DNA of 24,223 nt from a virus (lineage: Duplodnaviria > Caudoviricetes): positions 1 through 24,223 of the IMG/VR virus record IMGVR_UViG_3300032266_000012. One strand, given 5' to 3'. Both the position numbers and the translations under genes were made by a program. The notes under the pieces were generated by a model, which saw only the letters and a list, made by a program, of their open reading frames with translations, ran no database searches and was not told where the DNA came from. Positions 1 through 14,006 of the stretch are shown here, in pieces; within the stretch, counting starts at the first letter, position 1, and each line of letters opens with the position of its first letter.

Positions 1-4817
<4,817 letters not shown>

Positions 4818-4843
4818 TAATTTTTCCTTTTATTTTTATAATT

Positions 4844-6124
4844 TTACCACGGAGTTAATGCTATTCTCTGCCATATATCATTGCCTACATAATATGTAGC
4901 TGTAGTTGCAGTTGAATTTGAACTTACTGCAACAACTGTTCCGGCAACACCATTTGTTCTTGATTGACTAACTGTAATATTTGGACTGGATACAGTCTTA
5001 ATATAGTAAACTGTGTTTGATACTAATCCACCTATATTACCATTGAATATAATAGGTTCATTTACTGCACTTGTTAAACTAGACAAATTACCTGATAATG
5101 TAATTACATTTCCGCTGCTAGTTGTACTTGTCACACTAGTAGCACATGCAGTAGCATTGTATGAATCTGTTGCTACATAAACATATGATACTGGATTAGC
5201 ATACATTGTACCTGAACCACCTGCTAAGTTTACATTAGCACCACCAATAGTTGATGAAACTGTGAAGTATGAATTAGAAGAAACATTTCTAACATAATAA
5301 GTAGTACCACTAGTAATGTTAGCTTCAAAGCTAGTACCAGTGAATATGACCGGTAAATCTGTGTACAACTGAGTAGTATCGCTTACAGTAAAGTAATCTG
5401 CTGCGTTAGTACTTGTGATATTTAATTGATTGAATGATGGACCAACTGCTACATCGCCTGCTACATCACCTTGTAAACCAGTTGGTGGAACAATTCGTTG
5501 TTGTATTTGTGTTGCTGCTCTTGGGCGATTGATTGGGCTGATATATAATGTGTTACCGCAATCAGTAGTAGTAATTAAGTAATTAAGCTGTGTTACACCT
5601 GCGGGTGCAGTTACTGTAACTAGTCCACCTATGTTAGAGAAATTCTCAAGTGTACTAACTCCATTGTTGTTAGCATTAGCTACTACAACATTACCAGAGA
5701 ATGTAATTACTGCTAGTGAATTAGATACACTAATGTTTAGTTGTACGTTAGCTTGTGTGCCAGCTGGTGCCCAACTACCAAAGTTAAATGTAGTATTTGA
5801 TGCTACTGCACCATACTGAACATCACCTAATGTTGTATCAACTAGTACAGTTCCTGCTAGTGCGTTACCTAAATTATATGTAGTTGACCTAAAACCTCTA
5901 ACGCTTGCATTGCTAATAAGAGTATTAGCCATGTCGTTGTTTAATGTAGTTCCGGTTAATGCTTGTTTAACTACTACTTTGTTCTGTAAGTCTGTAATCT
6001 CAGTACCAGCTGTATTTAAATTGGTAACTATAGATGCAAAGTTATCTCTAAACCCTTGGCTGTTGTTATTGACACCGGGCACTGGATAGTTTACATTGAT
6101 TGAATTTGTGTTTATGGTACTCAT
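4844..6124 (-). CDS. Virion structural protein (probable baseplate/fibre-associated), 426 aa
   Basis: N-terminal amphipathic helix (QGFRDNFASIVTNLNTAGTEITDLQ), beta-rich Thr/Asn/Val body, two copies of a 'TYYV' beta module, C-terminal IWQRIALTPW. Preceded by CTAAATA and an SD-like CGGA, and located among structural genes. Confidence 0.7.
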   Translation of the reverse strand: MSTINTNSINVNYPVPGVNNNSQGFRDNFASIVTNLNTAGTEITDLQNKVVVKQALTGTTLNNDMANTLISNASVRGFRSTTYNLGNALAGTVLVDTTLGDVQYGAVASNTTFNFGSWAPAGTQANVQLNISVSNSLAVITFSGNVVVANANNNGVSTLENFSNIGGLVTVTAPAGVTQLNYLITTTDCGNTLYISPINRPRAATQIQQRIVPPTGLQGDVAGDVAVGPSFNQLNITSTNAADYFTVSDTTQLYTDLPVIFTGTSFEANITSGTTYYVRNVSSNSYFTVSSTIGGANVNLAGGSGTMYANPVSYVYVATDSYNATACATSVTSTTSSGNVITLSGNLSSLTSAVNEPIIFNGNIGGLVSNTVYYIKTVSSPNITVSQSRTNGVAGTVVAVSSNSTATTATYYVGNDIWQRIALTPW

Positions 6125-6143
6125 TGTTTTATTCCGTTATATA

Positions 6144-6150
6144 TATTTAG
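6144..6150 (-). promoter_or_regulatory. T4-type late promoter motif CTAAATA
   Basis: Lies about 20 nt upstream of the 6124 ATG and overlaps the TAA stop of the 852-aa gene; the same core recurs before six other genes. Confidence 0.6.
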
Positions 6151-8705
6151 TATTGCGAATTATTCGGGAGAATAGTTTCTCTTGGGAATAACACATAAAA
6201 ATCTTGACTGTTAAGAGGATTTGGTACAGGGTTAGCACTAGGTAATCCAGTCCACGCAGGTGGCGTAAGATTATTATCCCAGTCATATGTAATACTCTTG
6301 TTGACTGTAAATCTATCAATATTAAAATTGATTTCATTTAATGAATATTTAACAAACTGTGGTTGTCCAGTTGTATAACTAATATATCCCCAATTTTCTT
6401 CTATGTTAGCTTTAACTATGTCAGCAAATCCTGGCTTTGTATAGCAAATGACCCATGCTTGTGTATAACCCAATGTCCCACCTGCTATCCCTGCAGCACG
6501 ATTAGTAGGAGTATCTGGTTGTTGACTTGTCATCCATAATGGTAACAATGTACTATTGTAAACTTGTCCTAGTTCATCTGCTACACGATTACGCATGTTG
6601 TATAAACTATTTGGATACAACGTTCTTACAAATCCTGGCGTTAAACTAGTATAAAATGTTAAGTCTCCGTATGTATTATCTGCAAAACTTGTAAAAATAT
6701 CTGTGATACTAGTATACCATGGTCCTAAATTTAAGTCAATTGGTCTTGGCCAGTATATACTACTTTCTACACTAATACCTTGTGGATTTACTAAATTATC
6801 TATTACACTACTATATACTACTTCATAAATTACATCGCCGTTCTCATCTTTTGCAACAGCCGTTTTCAACTCACCTAATGTAATATTTCTCCAGTAGTGA
6901 TTTCTTGTTACTGCTGCAATATATTCTTGTATGCTGCTTGCATATATCCCGTATGCATGTTCATATATAATACTAGTTGCTTTACCAAAATAAACATCAT
7001 CCGGTCTATATATTACCGCAGGTGGAATTAGTTCATCATTATCTAATAGAGTAGCCAACAATTGTCTATCTTGTATACTTGGTGCCGCTTCAATGTAAAG
7101 TATATCAGTTGGCTGACTATATTCTTGGTAAACAGTAACTGTGAATGTTTTAGTTGATTGTATTATTGCATAAGTTGGAGAATATGCTTGTATAGTAAAT
7201 GTAAAATCAGTACTAGTTCCGCCTTCTAAAAATACATCAGTTGGTTGATTTGCCACGATACCTGTTATCTCTCCGTTTTCTGACAATATTAAGTTTGGAG
7301 GTAATGTGCCTGACGCAACCCTATATTGTAAATCAACATCAGACTCTGCTAATACTTTCAACGTACTAGGAGTACCATTGAATACTGTTCCTAAATTAGC
7401 ACTTGTTATCCATGTTATATCACCAACTATATCTAGCGCAAGATTAAATCCAAAGTTAAATACAGGAGATCCTATATTTTCTCTGCCTGTCTTAACTGCT
7501 TGGGCAGTAAATCTATAAGTATTAATTCCAGGCAGTGCTAATGTTGGTGTACCTGTTATCCAACCAGTATTACTATCAAATGTTATTCCTGCAGGTAATC
7601 CAGCACAAATGTATGAAAGATCATTGCTATCAAAATCATAACCAATTAATTTGAATGCAAAATAATTGTCACTTTGTGCAGTGCCTATCTCTGCGTTTTG
7701 CCCGGGTGGTATTGGTGGTAATAAATAATAACCATAATATATATCAGTATCAGGTGGATTAATAACTAGCGGTCGTGTATTTAATAGTGTAGGAGGTCTA
7801 GTATTAGGTGGGTTACCTGGACCACCTTGACTTACTGGTAAATTTTGATTTATAACGGTTATTGAATATGATTGTGTAGTATTGCCTAAACGACTAACTA
7901 ATCTCAATACAAAATTGTATGACCTAATTGTAGGAGATCCGGTTGATGTTTGTGGTAATGTTACTGACATATTTCCAACATCATCTGATAGTGCAAATGT
8001 ACTACCGTTTTGTGATACTGATATCGAGAATGCATTTAATGTAGTATCAACATATTTAACATAATATACTTGACCAGGGGATATAGTACTGATAGTATCT
8101 CCAGTAAAGTACACCGGTCTGCCTGGCACTATGCCAGATACTGTTAAACAGTATATATAATCATCAATAGCCAATGTTGAAGTTGCAAGTGTGTATACAA
8201 CTGACAATGTTTCTTCACTTATTGGTGGGGTAGGATAACCTTGAATCAATCCTTTATAACTAATTTCTAGTCCGGGCGGTATTGTACCTTCTTGCAATTC
8301 AACTACGGCTGGGTTCGATGTGTCTGGATCAGTATATCCTATTTGCAATTGAGTCCAAACACTATCTATTGTACTTAATAGTATGCCACTTGGAATAGTA
8401 AATTGCGGTAACGCAGAACCAGATATAAGCATAGAGAAAGTTCTATCCCTTATATTACCTAAGTTGTCAGTTGCACGTATAGTAAATGTAGTAGTGGTAT
8501 CTTCTAAAACAAGTACGGGTATACCGGTTATATACCCAGTTACTGAGTTTAATGATAAATTTTCAGGTAATACTCCTGATAATAATTTATAGGTTACATC
8601 GGTAGCTGGACTTACTGGCTCTGCTAATACTGATAATGATATTGTATATCCGTAAGGATATGCTCCTAAAGAGCCAGCCGGGGTAGTCCAAATTGGTTGT
8701 GCCAT
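6147..8705 (-). CDS. Structural protein with multiple putative Ig-like (He_PIG-type) repeats, probably baseplate-associated, 852 aa
   Basis: Recurrent G-x-(L/I)-P-x-(G/N)-L-x-L...G-x-I-x-G-x-P motifs: SGVLPENLSLNSVTGYITGIP, EGTIPPGLEISYKGLIQGYP, GLPAGITFDSNTGWITGTP, SGTLPPNLILSENGEITGIV. Most are followed by an FTIRA/FTAQA/FTIQA strand. Confidence 0.75.
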   Translation of the reverse strand: MAQPIWTTPAGSLGAYPYGYTISLSVLAEPVSPATDVTYKLLSGVLPENLSLNSVTGYITGIPVLVLEDTTTTFTIRATDNLGNIRDRTFSMLISGSALPQFTIPSGILLSTIDSVWTQLQIGYTDPDTSNPAVVELQEGTIPPGLEISYKGLIQGYPTPPISEETLSVVYTLATSTLAIDDYIYCLTVSGIVPGRPVYFTGDTISTISPGQVYYVKYVDTTLNAFSISVSQNGSTFALSDDVGNMSVTLPQTSTGSPTIRSYNFVLRLVSRLGNTTQSYSITVINQNLPVSQGGPGNPPNTRPPTLLNTRPLVINPPDTDIYYGYYLLPPIPPGQNAEIGTAQSDNYFAFKLIGYDFDSNDLSYICAGLPAGITFDSNTGWITGTPTLALPGINTYRFTAQAVKTGRENIGSPVFNFGFNLALDIVGDITWITSANLGTVFNGTPSTLKVLAESDVDLQYRVASGTLPPNLILSENGEITGIVANQPTDVFLEGGTSTDFTFTIQAYSPTYAIIQSTKTFTVTVYQEYSQPTDILYIEAAPSIQDRQLLATLLDNDELIPPAVIYRPDDVYFGKATSIIYEHAYGIYASSIQEYIAAVTRNHYWRNITLGELKTAVAKDENGDVIYEVVYSSVIDNLVNPQGISVESSIYWPRPIDLNLGPWYTSITDIFTSFADNTYGDLTFYTSLTPGFVRTLYPNSLYNMRNRVADELGQVYNSTLLPLWMTSQQPDTPTNRAAGIAGGTLGYTQAWVICYTKPGFADIVKANIEENWGYISYTTGQPQFVKYSLNEINFNIDRFTVNKSITYDWDNNLTPPAWTGLPSANPVPNPLNSQDFYVLFPRETILPNNSQY

Positions 8706-8706
8706 A

Positions 8707-9327
8707 TTATGTTGTTAAGTAATGCATCGCTATTTCATAGTGATGTTTTCTATCTTCTAATCCAATAGTACCGCCATTGATACGTTTTGTTAGTGTTACG
8801 AAATCACCGCTATCACAATATTGATTTAGTTTGTTGTTGTCCCAGAACCATCCTGCACTAGATACGGCACCATTTGGTGTTTCTAAGTAAGCAACAGTTT
8901 CTTCTAAACTCATACTTAAATCTTTTGCAAACTTAGTATAGTTATCACGACCGGTCAATTGAATTAGTCCGCGACCGCAGAAACGATAACCATCACCCGA
9001 TTCTTCTGGACCATTGCTCATGCGATTAGCATATACACGATTAGCAATACGTTCTGGTTGGCGCTCATATTGTTTTGCAATAGCTTCATTTGGGAAGTAT
9101 TTTTTAAATGTACCCATCAATCCTTTAGCACTATAGTTTAGATTTTCTTTGATAGCAGTATAACCACCACTCTCGTGTGCAGTCTGTGCTAAGAAGCCTG
9201 CTAATCGTGCTGGATTAACATTCATCTCATAGTATTCAGCTACCGTGTTTAGTGGTTCTAAATATCCTTCAAGAATACTTACTTTTGTTTTGGAACACAT
9301 ATGTGTCAATAAATCTAATGTTACCAT
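8707..9327 (-). CDS. Glycoside hydrolase family 19 (chitinase-fold) peptidoglycan hydrolase / endolysin, ~206 aa
   Basis: GH19 motifs FLAQTAHESGG, ENLNYS, GDGYRFCGRGLIQLTGRDNY, WFW and TKRINGGTIGLEDR. The start is placed at ATG 9327 (MVTLDLL) because AGGAGA lies just upstream and this removes the overlap with the upstream gene. Confidence 0.92.
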   Translation of the reverse strand: MVTLDLLTHMCSKTKVSILEGYLEPLNTVAEYYEMNVNPARLAGFLAQTAHESGGYTAIKENLNYSAKGLMGTFKKYFPNEAIAKQYERQPERIANRVYANRMSNGPEESGDGYRFCGRGLIQLTGRDNYTKFAKDLSMSLEETVAYLETPNGAVSSAGWFWDNNKLNQYCDSGDFVTLTKRINGGTIGLEDRKHHYEIAMHYLTT

Positions 9328-9338
9328 GTTATCTCCTA

Positions 9339-12300
9339 TTATGCGTATGTAGCACCTATTGTATACCACTGAGTAGTAGTAGGTGCCATGTATTGTAATG
9401 TAGCATTGGCACCTTGTGTGAATGCTGCGTTAGCTGCTTGACTATTAATTATACCATTGGTTTGTGGATATACCAATAAAGTGTTTGCACTATTGTTAGT
9501 TATGTAAACCACAGTTCCTGCAACTGCTGCCGGTAATCTAACACCTGTGCCAACTGATACTGCACTTACTATATTAATTTCAGTAGTCAAAGCTGTTGCT
9601 TGTGCTTGTGTTGTACCATTAGCACTAATGCTTGTTGTAACCGCACGAGTTATAAATGCAGTAGCTGTTATGTTTGCAGCTTGTACTGTACCACTAGCAG
9701 TTACATTACCTGAGAATGTTGTAGCACTAACTGTATTAGTTGCTAAGTTAAATGATATACCAGTTGGACCAACTGAATATGCATAATTTCCACTGGTTGC
9801 GCCACTGATAACTACTGGATAATATGTACCTGTAGTCTGTGCTGTAATTGCTCCGTAATCACTTACATTAGAGTATGCAACGTTTAAGTTAGCTACGCGG
9901 GTCGTGCTTTGTACACTAAATGGTGCAGTGCCTGAGGCAAGAGAAGATATAATCTGTCCTGCTATAGTTGAATTGCCCGACACATATGTTGTACCCGTGA
10001 TACTTAGTGTATTAGTTGGTGCAGTGTTACCAATCCCCACGTTGCCGGTGGAGTCGATACGCATCTTTTCTGATGGCGCAGAATTTAATGCAGTGGATGT
10101 AGAAAATACCAGCTGACCCGTTGGGTATTGACCGTTGGTTCTTGCGCCAAATATTGCTGAAATAATTGCAGAAGAATACTGATTTGTGTTTGCACCTGTG
10201 ATGGCCGCAAAGTTCAACTGCGCGGTGTTGTTTGTTGTGGTATCGCCGTTGACTATTGTTATCGCAGCACTACTTCCATTTAGTGTAGTGCTGGTGGCCG
10301 AACTTTGAACAACCAAAGGTCGCTGTGCTGCGACTTGGTCATACACATTGTTGACAGTGGTCCCAATCCCCACGTTACCACCGGTAGTACTAAGGAATGT
10401 ATTGCCTGTAACTGTTAAATTTGCCAATGAACCAACACTTGTAATATTTGGTTGTGCTGCTGTTGTTACAGTACCTGCTGTTGTAGCACTTCCTGCACTT
10501 GCGGCATATGTTGCATTAGCTACAGTACCAGTCACATTAGCACCAACGATTGAACTTAATCCATTTCCATTACCAGTAAATACGCCTGTGTTAGCAGTAA
10601 TGTTTGCTGCTGTTACAGTACCATTAACTCCTAACCCAGTTAGTGTACCAACTGATGTAATATTGCCTTGTGCTGCTGTTGTAACAGTTCCTGCGGTAGT
10701 TGCTGCACCTGATAATGCTCCAACAAATGTAGTAGCAGTAATAGAAGCATTACCTAAGTTAGCACTGATACTAGTATTGATTACCGCAGATGAATTACCA
10801 TTTGCACTTGATGTAGTAAACGTTGGATATGCTGTTGTTGAAGTAGATGTATTCTGCAATAGTGCTGATGCGTTAGTTGCGTTAGCTACAGTACCAGTCA
10901 CATTAGCACCTACTAGTGAACTTAATCCATTACCATTGCCAGTAAATACACCCGTGTTCGCAGTAATGTTTGCAGCAGTTATAGTACCATTTACACCAAG
11001 TGATGTTAATGTGCCAACACTAGTAATGTTTGGTTGTGCGTTAGTTGTTACTGTACCCGATGTTCCTGCTGTTGCTACACTTAAGTTAGCTACTTGTGTA
11101 GTACTTGTTACTACAAACGGAGCAGTACCACCTGCTACATTAGAAATAAATTGCGGACTAGTTACATTAGCACTTGCTAATATTTGTGCTGTTCCTAAAT
11201 TAAGTACATTAGCATTACCGGATACATTTGCTGTACCAGTTATATTAGCACCAGTGCCAGTTATTACTAAAGTAGTATTACCTACTGCTACTAAATTAAT
11301 ATTTCCATTAGATAATGGGATGCTTACATTACTATTTCCATTAGCTAATATACCACCTATGTTACCAGTAATATTACCTACAAAAGTAGTAGCAATCAAT
11401 GCACCATTTGCTAAATTAGCACTAATCAACGTATTACTGCCAAGTGCATAATTTCCAGTAGTACTTCCATTGACAAATACTGGGTAGAATGTACCAGTAC
11501 TTTGTGTTGTTACAACACCGTAGTCGCTTACATTTGCATATGAGACATTAAGATTTGCTACACGATTTGTACTTTGTACACTAAACGGAGCTCCTGTCGC
11601 GGTAGCTATATTAGATATAAATTGCGGACTAGTTACATTAGCACTTGCTAATACTTGTGCTGTACCTAAATTACCTACATTAGCATTACCAACAACGTTC
11701 GCTGTACCCGGTATGTTAGCTCCAGTCGCTGTCACCGTCAATTGACTTGTTGTATTTCCAGTAACAAAGTGTGAAATATTTGCATTGGCTGTAATAGTAA
11801 TATTACTATTACCATTTTGCATCAATCCGCTATTGATTGTAGTTATGTTACCTGTGGTTACTATAGCAGTGCCTGTTCCCAAATTACCGAGGTTAGCATT
11901 ACCGGTTCCAGTGTTCAATGTTCCTGCTACGTTAACACCTGTGCCAGTTACTGTCATTATACTTGCATTGCCTGCTACACCAATAGTAACATTTCCATTG
12001 GTTGTGCTAATATTTACATTACTTGTACCATTAGCTATTGAATTTGCAGCGCCATATAATCTGCCGATAAAGTAATTAGCAATTGCGCTATTACCTAAAT
12101 TAGCATTGGCAGAAGTTAAATTACCACCAAGGTTAGCGTATGAGCCATCTACGTTACCTAACCATGTTAAACCACGTGCATTACCTAAACTATTATATGT
12201 CACTACTTCACTAGCAATATTTACATTACTGCCAAAACTAAATTCACTATTGCTATTGTCCCATCCCATAAATGCAGTTACAGGAGCACTAGTATAATAC

Positions 12301-13907
12301 TGTAATGCAGTACCTCTATCTTTACCATCATTAGTTGTTAATGCATTTCCATTTGGCCCGCCACCTAAAGATATTATTGGATCTTCAACATTAAATGAAT
12401 CTACGTTATAGTACGTTGTGTTCCCTGCAACAGTTAAGTTACCTGCAATGTAGTTATTGGCACCGCCAAAATATGTACTACCATTTTGAATATACAATGA
12501 GTATGGATTAGTAATTGTCGTTGAACCTGAGTTTGCTGGACTATTTGCAATATAGAATGTTGCTGCATTTGTAAATGTAACACTTGCATTACTTGCTGTT
12601 AGTGTTGGTTGAGCGATTGCATGTACTGCTCCATTTGTTATGGTAGCACTTGCTGCTGCTGCATTGTCTGTATAGGTGCTAGCTAAAGCACGAATACCTA
12701 AACTACCAGTTACTGTTGATACATTAGCATTGCCGGTAGCTGCACCAGTTACTGTTTGGTTATTCGCAGTAACAGTTCCATTAGTGCCGGTAGTAGATAT
12801 ATTACCTCCTGTAACTATATTACCAGTTACATTTGCAATACCTGAAATATTAGCACCGGTTGTAGTAGCTGATATTGTAGCAGTTGTGTTACCTGCAACA
12901 AAGATAGAAACAGTTGTGTTCGCGCCTATAGTAACATTACTATTGCCATTTTGTATTAATGGTATATTAGCACTTGTGGTAAATATACCTTGGTCTGCTC
13001 CTATGTTACCTACATTAGCATTGCCAGAAATATTAGCTGTACCGATGATGTTAGCACCAGTGTCACTAATCACCATTGTACTATTGCTTATAGCAGTAAA
13101 TGTAATATTTGAATTACCTGTGATAGAAATGTTACTGTTACCGTTAGCTAATTTACCGATGAAATTAGCACTAATAGTATTACCTGCAACTGTTAATAAT
13201 GGAGTTTGCAACAAACCATTACCAGTAGTAAAAGTAAATCCTGCGTTACCAGAGAATTTACCTAAATTACCACCACTGCCTTGAAATTGAACTTCAGTAG
13301 CATTACCACCAGCGACACCATTGCCAGCTGTAACAGCAGACCACGATAAGTTACCTGCACCGTCTGTAACGATAGTATATCCAGCGCCTCCGCCTGGGAT
13401 ATGTAAATTACTCACACTAGAGATATATGTGTTTGAGCCGGTAAAATTTGCACGACCTGAAACATTCAAACTAGTTAGAGTGCCAAAACTAGTTAAGTTA
13501 GGTTGGTAATTTGAATTGCTTGATAAGTTACCATTGAAAATTGATAATCCGTTGTTAACATCAGCAAAGTAATTAGAATATACATGATCAGGATTAATAT
13601 CAATAACTAATGTTTGACTAGACTGTGTTATTAATGCGTTACTTCCACTATTACCACCTCTACCCATTTTCAATGAACTAGTAGAAACTTGTAAACATGC
13701 AAGATTAGCTGATACAACAACGTTACCGGTTGGAAAATTAACTGTAATGCCTGCACCAGGTGTTCTGTTGATAGAAGTTACAGTAGTATTTGCGTTAGCA
13801 CCGAATAGTTGGTCAAAGTTGTTTTGTACTTTATTGAAAGCTGTACGTATCGCATCGGCTGAAGGATCATCTGGAAATGTTCCAAAGTCTATATTTTGTT
13901 GGCTCAT
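9339..13907 (-). CDS. Long tail fibre / fibre-like structural protein with internal repeats, 1522 aa
   Basis: N-terminus QQNIDFGTFPDDPSADAIRTAFNKVQNNFDQLF resembles the T4 gp9/gp10-type baseplate-anchoring N-terminal motif. The body is Asn/Thr/Gly/Ala-rich with [19 protein letters not shown] and APFSVQST repeats, a GNVGIG...EKMRIDSTGNVGIG module, and a small C-terminal beta domain. Confidence 0.8.
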   Translation of the reverse strand: MSQQNIDFGTFPDDPSADAIRTAFNKVQNNFDQLFGANANTTVTSINRTPGAGITVNFPTGNVVVSANLACLQVSTSSLKMGRGGNSGSNALITQSSQTLVIDINPDHVYSNYFADVNNGLSIFNGNLSSNSNYQPNLTSFGTLTSLNVSGRANFTGSNTYISSVSNLHIPGGGAGYTIVTDGAGNLSWSAVTAGNGVAGGNATEVQFQGSGGNLGKFSGNAGFTFTTGNGLLQTPLLTVAGNTISANFIGKLANGNSNISITGNSNITFTAISNSTMVISDTGANIIGTANISGNANVGNIGADQGIFTTSANIPLIQNGNSNVTIGANTTVSIFVAGNTTATISATTTGANISGIANVTGNIVTGGNISTTGTNGTVTANNQTVTGAATGNANVSTVTGSLGIRALASTYTDNAAAASATITNGAVHAIAQPTLTASNASVTFTNAATFYIANSPANSGSTTITNPYSLYIQNGSTYFGGANNYIAGNLTVAGNTTYYNVDSFNVEDPIISLGGGPNGNALTTNDGKDRGTALQYYTSAPVTAFMGWDNSNSEFSFGSNVNIASEVVTYNSLGNARGLTWLGNVDGSYANLGGNLTSANANLGNSAIANYFIGRLYGAANSIANGTSNVNISTTNGNVTIGVAGNASIMTVTGTGVNVAGTLNTGTGNANLGNLGTGTAIVTTGNITTINSGLMQNGNSNITITANANISHFVTGNTTSQLTVTATGANIPGTANVVGNANVGNLGTAQVLASANVTSPQFISNIATATGAPFSVQSTNRVANLNVSYANVSDYGVVTTQSTGTFYPVFVNGSTTGNYALGSNTLISANLANGALIATTFVGNITGNIGGILANGNSNVSIPLSNGNINLVAVGNTTLVITGTGANITGTANVSGNANVLNLGTAQILASANVTSPQFISNVAGGTAPFVVTSTTQVANLSVATAGTSGTVTTNAQPNITSVGTLTSLGVNGTITAANITANTGVFTGNGNGLSSLVGANVTGTVANATNASALLQNTSTSTTAYPTFTTSSANGNSSAVINTSISANLGNASITATTFVGALSGAATTAGTVTTAAQGNITSVGTLTGLGVNGTVTAANITANTGVFTGNGNGLSSIVGANVTGTVANATYAASAGSATTAGTVTTAAQPNITSVGSLANLTVTGNTFLSTTGGNVGIGTTVNNVYDQVAAQRPLVVQSSATSTTLNGSSAAITIVNGDTTTNNTAQLNFAAITGANTNQYSSAIISAIFGARTNGQYPTGQLVFSTSTALNSAPSEKMRIDSTGNVGIGNTAPTNTLSITGTTYVSGNSTIAGQIISSLASGTAPFSVQSTTRVANLNVAYSNVSDYGAITAQTTGTYYPVVISGATSGNYAYSVGPTGISFNLATNTVSATTFSGNVTASGTVQAANITATAFITRAVTTSISANGTTQAQATALTTEINIVSAVSVGTGVRLPAAVAGTVVYITNNSANTLLVYPQTNGIINSQAANAAFTQGANATLQYMAPTTTQWYTIGATYA
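10030..10376. repeat. 14-bp direct repeat (ccaatccccacgtt) flanking a GC-richer coding module
   Basis: Identical 14-mers at 10030-10043 and 10363-10376, 333 bp apart (in frame), both encoding part of GNVGIG. Confidence 0.75.
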
Positions 13908-13919
13908 GTTTGTATTACC

Positions 13920-13938
13920 TATTTATAATGTATTTATC
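13920..13938 (-). promoter_or_regulatory. Tandem late-promoter motifs GATAAATA (13931-13938) and TATAAATA (13920-13927)
   Basis: The minus strand reads GATAAATACATTATAAATAGGTAATACAAACATG. The second copy is the exact T4 gp55 consensus. Both lie downstream of a terminator. Confidence 0.75.
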
Positions 13939-13960
13939 GTTATTTTAGAAACAGTGAGCC

Positions 13961-13992
13961 AAAAAAATACCCGACTGTTTGCCGGGCATTTT
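13961..13992 (-). terminator. Rho-independent terminator after the 850-aa gene
   Basis: Minus strand AAAATGCCCGGC-AAACA-GTCGGGTATTTTTTT: a GC-rich stem with G-U pairs followed by a U7 tract, about 15 nt after the stop codon. Confidence 0.85.
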
Positions 13993-14006
13993 AAGTTACG
14001 ATTCTT

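Noticed and set aside
4831-4840. TATAAAAATA upstream of the collagen gene as a late promoter
   Set aside because: It deviates from the TAAATA core seen elsewhere and may simply be AT-rich spacer
9328-9369. Longer N-terminus of the GH19 ORF given in the track (start 9369)
   Set aside because: It overlaps the upstream gene's end; the ATG at 9327 has a clear AGGAGA SD
9339-13907. Diversity-generating retroelement target or template pair
   Set aside because: There is no reverse transcriptase in the window, and the internal repeats differ mainly at synonymous positions rather than specifically at adenines
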